Part shown: piece by piece, positions 48,726 to 62,218 of the stretch | Position numbering within the stretch: the first letter of the stretch is position 1 | Layout: each line of letters begins with the position of its first letter | Assembly (NCBI GenBank): GCA_976226885.1 | Contig: OZ320313.1 | Span: forward strand, 116,002,001 to 116,066,000 | DNA: 64,000 nucleotides | Source of the DNA: Iphione sp. A-MEVVRFRX5 | Taxonomy: Eukaryota | Reading direction: 5' to 3' | Notes under the pieces: generated by a model | What the model was told of the DNA's origin: nothing | Database searches by the model: none | Seen by the model: the letters and a program-made list of their open reading frames with translations, nothing else | Program-made: the position numbers and the translations under genes

Positions 48726-51435
48726 AGGTTTAAGGATAATCTCCCGCCGGAAATGTTGACATTGGGAGCGTTTCAGCGACCGGAAGCACAACAGTTACAT
48801 CGTAAGTTGGACTAGCGGCTGCCGGCGACTGCGCCGACGGTGGCTGCAATCTTCGTAGCCGAAGCACATCGCAGTTGCCAGATTTGTTTGTTTAGACAGA
48901 TATCTTGCACGTGCACGACTTGCATTCACAAAAAAATGTGGTCCAAACCTGCATCATGTTGATACTGGTGATTGGTAGCAGACAGGCGCTACTGGTATTG
49001 CTATTCGGCCGCTCTGTTCACCTGCGGCGCCCATGGCTATGTAGTCTTTTCATTCTTCGGCAACACGAACTATTAATTCTTCAAGGTGCGTTGATCGTGT
49101 CCCCTACTCACAGGGGATAGGGGATCAGGCGCCAAACACAGGAAGAACGATGTCCAATCAAAACAAAACCAGGCGCAAACCTCACTGTATGGATTGAGGG
49201 GAGTGTGACATGAAAATTACAATAAATATTTCCATTGTCGTGGTGTTAGCCTTTGACACGCCCATTTATACTTGCAGGTGCCACACAGGAAGAAACGCTG
49301 GAAAATTGCGAAGTACGTTTTACTTCGATCGGAACATCTAGGACCTCCTCACATTTAAATTCTCCTTAATATGATTATCATCTTGTAAATTATTTAGATC
49401 TTCACGACATCAAGAGCTTAATGAGTACCCATCTGCTGTACTATCCGCGAGTTAAATGTTAGACGACCTTAACTTGAACATTGCATCAGGAAGAAATATG
49501 GAATATATTTTTCCCTCCACACCCATGAGAAAAAGAGGTCCATTTTCCTGACGATGATGACGAACGTATTACCGTAATTCTTTTCCATCAATTGCCTGAG
49601 GCATCTCATCGGACCTACCAGATGGACATCACATCTAAATGCAAATAGAGCTACTCTGTTCGATAATATGAATTTAGATATACGAATGTCGCCGTACATT
49701 TCCTCATAAGCTAACTACGGGAGTCCTGTCAAATCATACTTCTGTTTCTAAAGAATAATGAAAGTGAGCTAGCTTACGAAAGACAGAAAAGGCATTGGTC
49801 TGTGGGATCTTCCACGGCAAAGGATCCTATAGGGAAGAATCTACGAAGGAACTGACAAAAACAGACATTCAAATACTTTAAGGGAAGTCTGGAGGCAAGG
49901 CTATGAAGAAGAGATCAAAGATGTAATTAGTTTTATGCATTGATGACAGGAAAGTATGTTTCCTAAGTAATAATTGAGTGCATGAATATTTGCTTTCAAT
50001 GCTGTGTGTGGGAGAAAAGCTAGTGCAGAAGTGTGCAATTCGGTCTTTGATTTGTAATCAACGGTTCATTTGCATTACTTGTACACTTTATCATATAACA
50101 TGTAACTGTATTAATAGACAACTGCTTTTGACGGTGATTTCAATGAGCTGTGCTTTACGAAAAAGAAGAACGAGAACTATTTAGTCGGTTTTTTTTCGAA
50201 TGACAATCTATCTAGTTGGCAAAAGGAACGCCAAAGTGTGAATGGTAAATCGTCAAGATGCGAACCACTCAGCTGTCATCCACAGGATATTCTTGCTCCT
50301 TTTTTGCAGATAGAATTTGGGCTTTAAGTAATATAGATAAATCATTCATAAATTGTGGTTGTGTTTCTGTGTCACTGCTCTGAAAAACAGTAAATACTTT
50401 TTCTAGAATGGTCTTGTGCAATATTGAATTCCGTATTCGGTCTGCATGCATGGTACGAGTTCGTAATGCACAACTCTTCCCGAATTTTGGGGAGTTGTGC
50501 CGTTTGAGACCGAGTAAAATGATCTTGGATCAGGATCAGAGTTGGCGGAGAATAGCGAAGGAGGACTGCTGTTGAACAAGATAAGGACGGGACACGACTA
50601 ATAGGCCGGAGTTGAACGGGGTGGCTTAGATGATCAGCGAAAGCACTGAAATTAAGTCAGTGGAGGGTAAGGGGGGACCATGAGTGCAACTCGCGGCCTT
50701 TCTATTTCCTGTCGTCTCTTAGAAATTACGAAGTTTACTAAGCCACTTTCTGCTGCTTCTGAGATACTATGCGCGAAGTGATGATACTTGCGCCCGCGTT
50801 AACTAGGTCATGTCTGCAGCCATTGCAGGGACAAGCTTCATTCATGAAAGATCAAATTCCTTTAAAAAAAACAAGTCGCTGCTTTGTACTTTGTTGTTGT
50901 CAATGTGAAGTCGTCTCTCTCAAAATGGATGGTCAGTTAATGCACATGGAATTCCTGAGTGCACAAGGAGGCAGCACTGTATTTAAAAAAAATCTCCTAG
51001 CCTTGGGCATGAAAATGATGAATATAGACCTATGAACATCCTACACTTACACAGATTGCAACTTACACACCACGCAGTAAAATATGGCTATCCCTGAACA
51101 TAATTATTGTATGAGTGTGATTTCTCATTTGGCAAATATTTTACTCATCTGAGTAACAAAAGCATGCCTCTACCTCTGCAAAGTACAATTCATACTGCAG
51201 CAGTACTTGTCCAACCATCAAACCATTGGGAAAAGAAACCTTGAACTTTCATGGAAGTATCTATATACCATACAGTGATATCTTTTCAATAGAATTTGAC
51301 CGTTTATCCCTAATTATTATAAATAACATGTCACTAATCATCTGCTTAGTAGACATCAATGTATCGGTTCCTTAACGTAAGACCTGACTGTTAAAAAACA
51401 TAGATAGATTACTTCGAGAATCACATAATGTCTTA

Positions 51436-51724
51436 GGCCAAAGCAAAAATGTTCTGTGTTTCCGGTAACATGCTGAAAAAAATGGAGGGTCGGTAGGTTA
51501 GTGGTATCTATTTTTATTCTTCTTTTTTCTATGTAACTTCATACTCAAAGAAACAAATGTATATGGTAAGATGTGCTTTACTGCTTGGATCTTAATGAAA
51601 ATGGCAGCTTATAATTTAAGCAACAAAATGGTGTATAATACGTGCCTCTACCATTATTTGTTCTGTGCCCACAAAAGTATGGTCAATCGGGTTACCGGAA
51701 ACACAGACATATTTTCCTTAGGCC
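51436..51724. mobile_element. MITE, PIF/Harbinger-like
   Basis: Imperfect TIRs (GGCC...TCTGTGTTTCCGGTAAC) flanked by TTA on both sides. Confidence 0.75.
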
Positions 51725-53182
51725 TTATCTATAGCCTTATGGGTGCTTCAATTTTATAAGCATGTAAGACACCATTCTCAAAGACCCCACGGAGAAAAAG
51801 GATCTGACAGACGCAATATGCCGCGTGATTGAAGTTTAATTTGTTGACATGCGCCCATTTATTACAGGCCCATCAACTATATTCCCTCAGATAAAAGAGG
51901 AAATCCGTTTTAAATGGTGAGCACTTACATCATCCGGCCCTACGACTATGTATCAGTCAGTGGACACAAGAAATCGCATTTCACTTTGTACCTCCATATT
52001 GCAATCCTATCTGTCTCCACTACAGAAATACTTCCTTGCATAGGCAGTTTGATAAGACCTGTGGAATTAATTGTTACAAGAACATTTCCACGTCCATATC
52101 CTACAAAATTCCCCAAAATGACTTTGTCCAATTTTTCTTTGTACGAATTGTTGAATGTTTGAGAGAATGAACATTATTATAAAATACTTCCGTCTAGTTA
52201 AAAGATACTTTCAGAAACGACAGTAAAGTGATCACGGTAAAACTAAACGTTGACCATTGCTACGTTCTTCAAACCCTGTGGAATATCTCACCTAAAGGAT
52301 GTGAAGGAAGAAATCGTCATAATGTAAAATTATTTATATTTTCTAGGCAATACAAACCAAGAGAAAAGCTACCTCAGACGACCTTCATTGTGAGATATCT
52401 AGAGTGCCCAATATCAATAAAGGAAACTCTCTGTTGAGGTTCTGTACGGATTCTGCTTGGAATCTGTGATATCTAGTATAACCAGAGATTCAGAATTTGT
52501 GATTCTACTGTACAAGCGTTACAGTGGAATTCTTAAGATGTAAGTCCACTTTAGGTGTAGTATTTCTAGTGCTTATTCTTTATCTAACGACGAATATTTA
52601 TGTGTGCATCTAAATAGAAACCCTATGAATCTAAACAGAAACCCTATGAATTCCCCAAAAGTGACTTTCCCGCTGGCATTACATAGGTGAGTGAAGTACA
52701 TGCGAAGGTTAAGTAATACATGAAAGCATCATGGATCACGATAGAACTTGAACGGATGTGTCATTTTGCTGCAAGATTTTAGATGAAAGAGACCTGCAGA
52801 ATAGGTGAACAGTCTTTTCTTCATGGTTTAGTAATGGACTTGACATACATTGGTTCTTTTGCTATGAAATGTGAGAAATAGGAAAACCATCCTTAAAACC
52901 GCCAACCCTTCATTCTCAGCCTTCAGAGCCCAAGCACTTCAAAATACATTGAAACAATTATGACCTCACCCTGTGGGGATTTTCGTGATATTTGTTGTGC
53001 ACTTCGGTTTCGTTTGATAGGTTTTTAAAAAAACTTAAATCACAAACATTTACTCAAAGTAGGATAACGACATATTTCACCTTAATATAAACACTGCATC
53101 CCGACATATAAAAACACATTTTCTGTCAAGCAACACTGCAGAAGAAAAGTTAAGGGAGCTGTAATAATAGCAAAATGCAGGA

Positions 53183-53571
53183 GATATCTACATCTGCATA
53201 GAAACCAGCTGAATATACACTGTAAGATAAATAAGAAAGCTATCAGGGAAACCCCCTTAGGAGCAAAATTTGCCAAAAATATACAATAAAGACAATGCTG
53301 TTGATCACTTTGGTACCAATTCATGAGCAAAGAATGAAAACAATTGTGGTGAAATACAGTTGATATCCACATCTGCATAGAAACCGGCTGAATATACACT
53401 GTAAGAAAATTAAGGAAGCTATGAGGGAAACCCCCCAGGAGCAGTTTGCCAAAAATACACAATAATGACAATGCTGTTGATCACTTTGGTACTAATTCAT
53501 GAGCAGAAAATGAAAAAAATCATAGTAAAATGCAGTTGATATTTACATTTGAATAGAAACCAGCTGAATAT
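53183..53571. repeat. About 178-bp tandem repeat, about 2.2 copies
   Basis: The unit starts GATAT.TACAT.TG.ATAGAAACC.GCTGAATATA at 53183, 53362 and 53538. Confidence 0.88.
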
Positions 53572-56500
53572 ATGGGTGAAGGAAAAGGAAATAAAATAAG
53601 GCATATATACCAAATTCCTTTAGAAAACATTTCGTTCATATCGACCGGAACCTAGCAATGTCTATCGTTTGCAAGTAAATGGGACTGTAACTCAACACAA
53701 TGACCTGGAGACAATACTTAATCCCTTTACGAGATTTGAATTTGGTGGAATTAACGAACGCGTTGTCTCCAAGGGAATGTCATTAATTAACATAAGTAAA
53801 AACTAGAGTGTTCCTCTTTTAAATACAGACATCCTGAGAAAATCCGCTTCAGTCCCTTCCAACCGCATTAACGGGAGTGCATCAATGTAATTTCTTTGCA
53901 CAAAGGATGTGGTCTGTACAGTTGCGAATAACCACCCACCAAATAGCAGTGTGATACGGTTAGTCGATGTTCTTCTTTGCTTTACTTCAGTAAAGCTTGA
54001 TCTGATTAACTTGATTTGTTTGCGGATAACCCATTATCTCTATCAAATAGATATACTTTCCACTTGAAGGATGTTGATTAACAGTCGGAAAAATGAGTAA
54101 AAACAGTGCTTTGCGACTCGATGTTGCTACAACAGTTAATGAGATAAGCTCGAGAGTTATATTTATTACCACACAGAATACACTTAACACAGATTACGTT
54201 GCCTCCTCGGCGAGCAGAAATGTAGACATTCTTAAATATAATGCAAAAGTGTTTAATACATTTGTCACACCATTTGAAAACCATTTGTAAGTATAAGGGC
54301 AACGAGAATAGATTGCGGTCAGAACATTCCATCTTGTTACTGGTAGCGAGCGTGCAATTTACTGAATTGCCCTCTGGATACGCATGGATATGTATATTCA
54401 TAAATCTTAATCAACGAAAGCAGTAATTCTTTCACTTTTCTTAGGTTGAACGATATCTTTATTTCCAAGAATTTACTGAAGTCCTTTTTCCCCGGTATTC
54501 CGCTCCCTGTCATGATATAGATATGCCACAAGTTATTCGAACTGAATTAGATGTCAAATCAATGTGGCTTTGCGTCATGTGTGAAGAACCGTCAAGAGAG
54601 AATGAGCTTTTTCCTTGGAAGTCCCATCCATTGAGGTGAACGCTATCGGCCTAAACCGATGTCTCTCCCAACAGGGATGAAAGAAACAATCTATTATTTC
54701 TAGGCAGCATCCTCTGTTGAGTCTCACAGGCACTCCCCTGACACACATGATACAAACTCCGCCTGGGGATCTATGGCCTAGCCGACAGCCAGAAGGACAA
54801 CAACAGTGAGCAGCACATCTCTGTGTGACACTCTAGTACGGCGTCGTGAATCACGTGAGTGTCTCCTCAGTCGTCTGGCCACAGACGTTGACGATGGAGA
54901 TTCCGTGCAACCAGACGAACGCCACACACACTGCCACATCCAAGAGCGTCTCCACCGACCCGAGTCCTACTCAGTAGACGTGCGTGTCTTCATTCTTTTG
55001 CTGACAAGGGCAGGCCCGAATTCTTTACCAGGACATTCGAAAATATAACAAACATGGTTTATCTGTGACATTTTCCCTCGGGAGTGCCTTAAATGTAGAT
55101 GGTTATCGATTTGTTTATTTTGTTTTGGCACTAGAGTTATTATGACAATTGTTTATCGACTTGGTTATGCATGTACATTAATCATTCTATCTTTAAAAAT
55201 GATGATTATTGTTAAAAATATTACCTTTGCTTATACGCACAATTCACCACCCTTATCGTTTGGGCCTCTACCATAAAACCAATACGTGGTTCAGAGTTGC
55301 CTTGTTGCGTGTTGTACATTATCATGTGATTTAGAATATGTCTGTCATACGAATAGTATGATGACATATTAAGCTTTGATGAAGATGTATCATGGGTAAT
55401 GGAGCAATAGACAATCACCTTTTCAAAGAAAGATCCCAGACACTCAGACACTGCACTCCATAACCGACAAAATATATTCAATTATGACTACTGATGACAC
55501 AAGAACCCGAATTTTGGGTATTACAATTTCAATTATAGACTTAACATAAAAGGTAAAGGGAAGTAGAGACAAAAATAAACATATTGTAATCAATATCTTA
55601 GAAATACTGGACGTATGGCTTCTACAATTTGAAATTTTGATCGTATGTCAAGATGCACACCTCTGATTTCAGTGATGTTGAATACGGCAGGCATTTGGAT
55701 ATTGTAAAATCTTTGGTACTCAATAGATCTTTAGCCTTGTCCTCACTGAACCAGTTTGGTCACAGATGTACTGTCTCTGTTCTTTAATCAATAAATACTT
55801 TCATCTGAATACATTATTTAGGTGTTCTCCCTTGTGGTACTCAATTATAAACATCTTAGGTTCTCTTCTTGTTCATTCTTCAAAATCGCTGCAAATGTAG
55901 TTGAAGGTGATTGGCTACCTAGTCTTGCCTACCAAGACACATGCTATTCCCATCTATGAGCTTCGTGAGTTTCATTATGGGATATCATGAAATAGGATAG
56001 CTACTACCTGGTGAGGCTGAATTTCCTTAAGCGTGTGTTTTGACAGCCCTATTTTCATAGCCATGTGTATTGTTATGGCCATGTTGGGCTGTTTTCATGA
56101 TAGGGGTGTATCATCTGCACCTTGTATTCACAGGCGTGAAAACAACATATTTGGCTAAAAATAGGTGCAATTCAGATAAATGAGGCTGAAAACGGTAAAA
56201 CTCATGCAATACACTATCACTGTCCAAGCACTAAAAGGTCCCATTACCCTCGGACATTGAATGGAAACATATGTACTACTCTTTATTATATGTATAATTT
56301 ATATATTTAATTCCCTGCTAAAATGAAACACTTAGGCGAACAGATTAGCAAAGGAATATAAAGAAAAATTAAGGTGAGGGTTCCATTGTGATAGAATTAC
56401 ACAATGGGTTGTACGGTTAATTCACACATTAACGATAAATCAATTTTTGATAACATCATCAAATGTAATGAAGCCATTCAGCCTTACTACCAGACCTAAT

Positions 56501-57477
56501 CTCATCGACCTGATATACCGGCAAGTAGACGATCACCCGTTCGATCATGTACAAACGCATAGCTTTGCCCAAGCCAGCAGTGCAATAAAGCAGGGGCAGC
56601 TCGAAAAAAGGTGTCACATTGAAACCATTGGACAAGTTCAAAACTAGCATGTTATCAGGACAGTAAACACGTCTTATGCCAAGACATCGTGTCATACTTC
56701 ACCATGCTGTAGTCATCAGGCTGGCAAACGACCAAAATCTCGATGTGTCTTTATTGTAGATTGCTTTTGCCTTTAGCGCCTCCGGCTCATGTTTTTCAGG
56801 AGAGCGCAATTCAAAATGGCAACGGATATCATTCGGAGGGGTAGGTAGAACCAGGTGGTTTGGGGGAGACTTGATCTATACAAACTGATATGCTGAGCTC
56901 CATCGTCCTGTGGCGAATAGGCTAAGTTGGTAGGCAAAGCCTTCGGCAGTCGAGACCAGTAAGGGTCAATCTGTCCTGGTCTGCGACCGTACACATCCCT
57001 ATACAGATGTGTGTGAGCAGCTGCCGCCTCTATCCCACCCTAGGCCCAATCAACCGCCGATCTCCTATATTGTTCAGCTGTAGAGATGTCCCATGGCAGT
57101 ACATGCGCATCAATGATGACGCGAAGCAATTCTGTGTAGTTGGCGGGCAAGATCCACATCCTGTTTTTATATACCCAAACACAGTTAGCCGTGTCATCAA
57201 ATGCCTACATCGCTTAGGGTATCTACCACTAGCACTCTACTGATCAACCACAATATAATTGACAAAGGTTAATTTTATACGTTTATTGACTAAACTTCGC
57301 TTTTGCAGAGGAAAGCGGAGCCTTTTAGGACGAACAAGAACAGAAGCTCATATACAGCACATCACATCTATGAAAATATTTTCTCCCATCATTTTCTCTG
57401 CATATATGACACATATCCCCGCTACTGTTATTTGCGAGCCAATGGGAAGAGCTTGTAATCTCCACTCGAGTGGAACT

Positions 57478-57495
57478 GTAGCGCCCTCTGCTGAC
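57478..57495 (-). promoter_or_regulatory. CTCF-like motif (CAGCAGAGGGCGCTA)
   Basis: Close match by eye to the CTCF core consensus. Confidence 0.4.
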
Positions 57496-59984
57496 ACAGT
57501 TTGGACGATGAATTAACACCCAGTAATATATCGGACATTGTGAGCACGGAGGAGCCATATTGTGTTGCCACAGAGGGACACGCAATGGGATCTTGCAAAG
57601 TCCGGACTTCAGCTTGAGAGCACGTAAGAGTTAGGACGAGTGAGTCTATGTGCCAGTGAGATCACACGGAGACGCGATTTTTTTTATTTAGTTAGTTGGA
57701 TGGAACCATACGAAAATTGCCCTGCCCACATTATGATTCGACACGTGGTGAGCTCGGAGAATTCGGTATTCTGTTTAAGCATATGTCGGCCCAATGCTAT
57801 GTGCAGAATTCATACTTCAGTATTTCAATATGTAGGTAATAACTGTTTAGCAAGCTCACAGCGTCACCTCTCCCTAAATATTTTCATGTCGCATTCAAAT
57901 ACGCAATCGTCGTAAGAAAACAGGCTGGGGACATCTTTTCTCAGGCGTTTCTTATTTAGGATAATTTCCTGTCCATTCTGAATGCATATTTACTATTCAG
58001 ATTTTATCAGCGACGGCTGCTCGGTATTTGGGGGTTATTCAGTTGCGACACACCTAAATAGGAACGATTGCTGATTGGTCTGCCGATGAGAAAATCGCAT
58101 TCTCGAAATTCAAAACCCTCCAGCTCTGACAAATACGCATTCATCGGACCATATTCAATTTTCGGGCTTGTGTTTTTTTTTCTCTTACAGTCCGAAAAAT
58201 TTTGTGGAGCTAATATTCCCAAACGAAATGGAATAAATTCGGCACAATCGTGCAGGACGTAAATAATGATTCCATAACGTGCATGGGAAGAAACAGCGTT
58301 GCGTGTGCCTCTGCATTTGACCGTGTTCAGTGTTTTAATGAGTGATGGTCCGAGAACCGATGCAGATTGTTCATTTCTATCACTGACATTATTATTCCCC
58401 GCAAGCTAGCTGCCAGGATTGTCACTATCAATAAGAGGTTCACTCGACAATGTATGAAGCCTATAGTATATTATCTTGTGAATTAGCCGAAATCGAAGGT
58501 CATTTCTCCTCTACCAAAAGCATCAGACTGTATTCAAGGCGACAACTAGATTATGCTACGCGCACCATAGTGCTACTTATACAGGCCGTTGTTTGATACA
58601 ATGGTTTCACATTTTGGAAGATGGTATTCAATAAATGTACCAAACTGAATGTTACTAAGACGATAATTCCGTGACCGGAGTGGATGTTCCAACTCTGGAA
58701 CTCCCTTAGCAGTTGCTACTCTGCCTCCTTGTATGGACATAGGTGATACCAATAACACTAGCAAGGAAGTGTGTTTGCTGGAGGGAAAGAGCGAGGGGAC
58801 ATTAAGTGAAGGCTAAAAGATCTTCATTGCTGTCCTTTTTAGGGATATTTCTCTTTTTACATTAGAAGATACACTATGGAAATATTTTCTACACTTTATA
58901 TGCAGATTAATAAGAAAATGCATTTTCAGAAAATAGTGGACGTTTATTCGCCGGCAGCTTTGTTCTCAGTGACGAAAATAATAATCGATGTTAAATCTAT
59001 ATAGTCTAAAAAAGGAAAAGGTTTTATCATCTAAGTCTATTGATATTGTTCTATAGGCAATGTTTGAGCGATAATGTTAATAAGGAATTGCTCTCTGTAA
59101 TATTTGTTCGTTACATTTGTATACCTTTGTACATCGTACTGCACACAGGCGGATTGTTTGGCGAGAATATCGATGAATGTTCGCGATGGCCTTTTGCTCC
59201 AAGTATGGTGGACTATGAACTGTTGTACCTTTGCATCGGAACCTGTTTGTCTGAGCGTTGTCCTGGTCAGTGCCAGTCCATGTCCAAAATTAATACACGC
59301 CTGTCAGTTACGCAAATGAGTCCTCGTACGTTTCCAAAAGGACGAGGAGCTATAATGGGCCCACGATGTAATATCTAATACTGCTCTGTCCTTATCTCCT
59401 CTGGGACTTGTGATGTGATTCATCGTCACGTAACACTCACTCACGTGCTGTCCACGCCCCTCGACCAGAGGATCCGTCACCCTATCGATGGACAGGCATC
59501 CGGGTAAGATCGCGCCCGCCCGTTTGACTTGAGTTGGCATTCACCGTGACCGTCCCTCCAGTGTGGGAGGATAACTCCCCTCAGTAGAGGCATGCAAGGA
59601 AGATTCTGAGTTACGTGATCAGTAAAGAAGGGCAGTAGATCGGACGGCACTACGGCCCAGCAATGGGTGACGTTCGCACGTCATTTTTCACTTATCGGCC
59701 ATTAGCGCCAGATTCACTGGCTCAGTTATTCGTGTCAAAAGATCCATGATCAGATGTCTAGAGACTACGAGCACGCTCAGGTTACCAAACAAAGAAGCCG
59801 AGACCTGTTATCTTCTCCATGATCAGTCTATATGAAACATCTGAAATCATGACAAGACAGAGGACTGAGGTAACAAACTTGGAACTTTAAGTGTTATGGA
59901 AAATGGACTACGATATCTTTTTAGAAAAACGGTGCTTTATTCACTCATGTCTGGTTATATGCAAGGTTTCGGCCTGCTCAAGCC

Positions 59985-62218
59985 TTCCTCAGAAAATTGT
60001 ACAATAAAAGAACAATCTTATTGCAAAAGATGACACTTAGTTCAGAAGTTCATTAGAATGTACTCTGATTCTGGGGATGTCGATCATCTGCGCATCTCAA
60101 AGTTCTACAAACAAAAGGTCAAGGCGCTTGTTTTGAAAGCAAAAAAGGACTACTATAAAGAGTCCCTAAAGAAATGCAAAACATCTAAGGAATACTGGAC
60201 AGTAACCAACTCTGATGTATTAAAAAGGAGTAAAGTGGGTAACGAAATCGAACTTATTGAGGGTGTTGATCATGTTGAAAGTATTGAGGTACCCAATGTC
60301 TTGAATACCATGTTTGTGTCAGAAGCCGAGAAACTATGCTCTCTGGTACAACTCAAATCAACAGACTCGGAAGTAAAATGGGACATTAAACCTGTCACAC
60401 AGAAAGCAGTATTATATGAGATTAGGAAACTGAACACTAATAAGCCTAGCGGCCTAGTAAATATTCCGTCTATAGTACTCAAGGATGCACTACTGATTGC
60501 CTCTGAACAAGTACTCTGTATGGTTAATGAAAGCTTGATAAAGGGTGAATTTCCCTCAACCTGGAAAATTGCACGTGTGACCCCAATCCTCAAAAAAGGG
60601 TCAAAAAAGGACAAGAAAAACTACAGGCCGGTAGCGATACTGCCTGTTGTTGGCAAACTAGTTGAAAGAATGGTTCATAGGCAAATGGTAGACTTCTTGG
60701 AGAGCAGCAATTATTTTTGTAAAGAACAACATGGTTTTAGGCAACAGCGAAGTACATCCACAGCTGTTGCTATGTTGCTGCATGATCTTTACTCCAGCAT
60801 AGATCAAGGTAAATATGTGGCAAGTATCTGTTTCGACTATTCAAAAGCCTTTGACGTGATTAACCATGCTCTAATTGTCCATAACATAAAACAGGCAGGC
60901 ATGGGGAATAGGGCCTTGAAATGGACTGAGGCCTATCTAACTGGGAGACAACAGTACGTGAAGTGCAATTGTGTATCATCTGACATGCGTCCTCTGTGCC
61001 AGGGCGTTCCTCAAGGGAGCCTTATGGGCCCCTTGATGTTTGCCCTGGCAGTTAATTCCCTCCCATCGTCACTCTGTATATCAAAATAAGTTCTTTACGC
61101 TGACGACCTCACAATTTATTGTGAGGGGTCAAACATGATGACACTACTTCTTAAACTACAAAGAACTATCAAAGATGTGGTTACCTGGTCAAAACTGAAT
61201 GGGCTAAGTCTAAATGCCAAGAAAACTGAGTACATAGCATTTGGAAAGGCTAAAGACTTTAGCCCAGACTTAAAAATTACATGGAGAGCCCATAAGTAAG
61301 GTGAGTACCTGCAGGCTACTGGGGTACCTGATCGATGATAAACTAAGCTGGGCACCAATGGCACAGCACATGAGGTCTCTGATTCGAAGTAGAGCAGTGG
61401 GCATCTCTAAGGTATCGAAATTCATCCCATTCCATGACCGGATCAGACTTTTCAAAGACTTTGTCTGTCCAGTTCTAGACTATGGACTATCGTTCTTTGT
61501 CCATGGCCACAGAAGACTAACTGACGATCTCCAGGTGGAGATGAATGGGGCCTCTAAACTGGTCCTTCTGGGTAGCACCAGGGCCACCATGTCCGCAAGG
61601 ATGCTTTGTAACCGGGCAGGCCTAATTCCCTTTGTGGACAGAGGAATTACACAGTCGGTACTTCTTATTCACAGACTGATGTTACTCAATGAATGTCAGC
61701 TCGACGTTGCTGCCAGAAATCTACGAAGGAGCAACATGGACGTCCTCCTGACAAGAAGACCAAAAAAGTCACTATTTCAAAGATCGTTCTGGCACCAAGG
61801 CATTGCAGCTTGGAATGAGGTAAAGCACCCACTGAAAAGCAAACTCCCGATGCATGAATTTAAGAATCTGCTGTGTAAGCAGCACCAATGAGGCCAAGGG
61901 CATTAATAAAAATATAACTTGTCATCATGATTGGCAATCAGGGTGCCATGTGTACAGCAGCACATGCATGTGCTCATTGATCCTTGTATTCTTTGCCTAG
62001 ATATATCACTCGTAGTCCTCGTAACACTCAGGTAAATAGCGAAGGAGCCAACGACTCTTGAGTCAGCAAGGGCTGTCACCTACCTACTGTCCTCATTGCT
62101 ATTTAATTAGATATACTCCTAGAATTAAGAACCTCTATTCACGGGGAGATCTCGATGTATCTGTTATACAATACTGTGAGATGTGAATAAACGCTTTCTC
62201 AATTCTCTCAATTCTCAA
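59985..62218 (+). mobile_element. 5'-truncated non-LTR retrotransposon (CR1/L2/Crack-type LINE), reverse transcriptase region, disrupted
   Basis: RT motifs NYRPVAILPVVGKLVER, QHGFR, FDYSKAFD, GVPQGSLMGP and YADD. In-frame TAA at 61087-61089, frameshift near 61280, C-terminal DDKLSW and SFWHQGIAAWN. AATAAA at 62186 is followed by a (TTCTCAA)-type tandem tail. The 5' boundary is approximate. Confidence 0.93.

Noticed and set aside
50468-50500. 9-12 bp hairpin GCACAACTC...GAGTTGTGC
   Set aside because: Isolated, too short for a pre-miRNA, and no supporting context.
53183-53571. Repeat arrays here, at 2650-2830 and at 37740-38015 considered as CRISPR
   Set aside because: Contiguous tandem units with no unique spacers, no cas genes, and a eukaryotic context.
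60270-61364. Minus-strand ORFs within the LINE
   Set aside because: Antisense shadows of the RT coding sequence.
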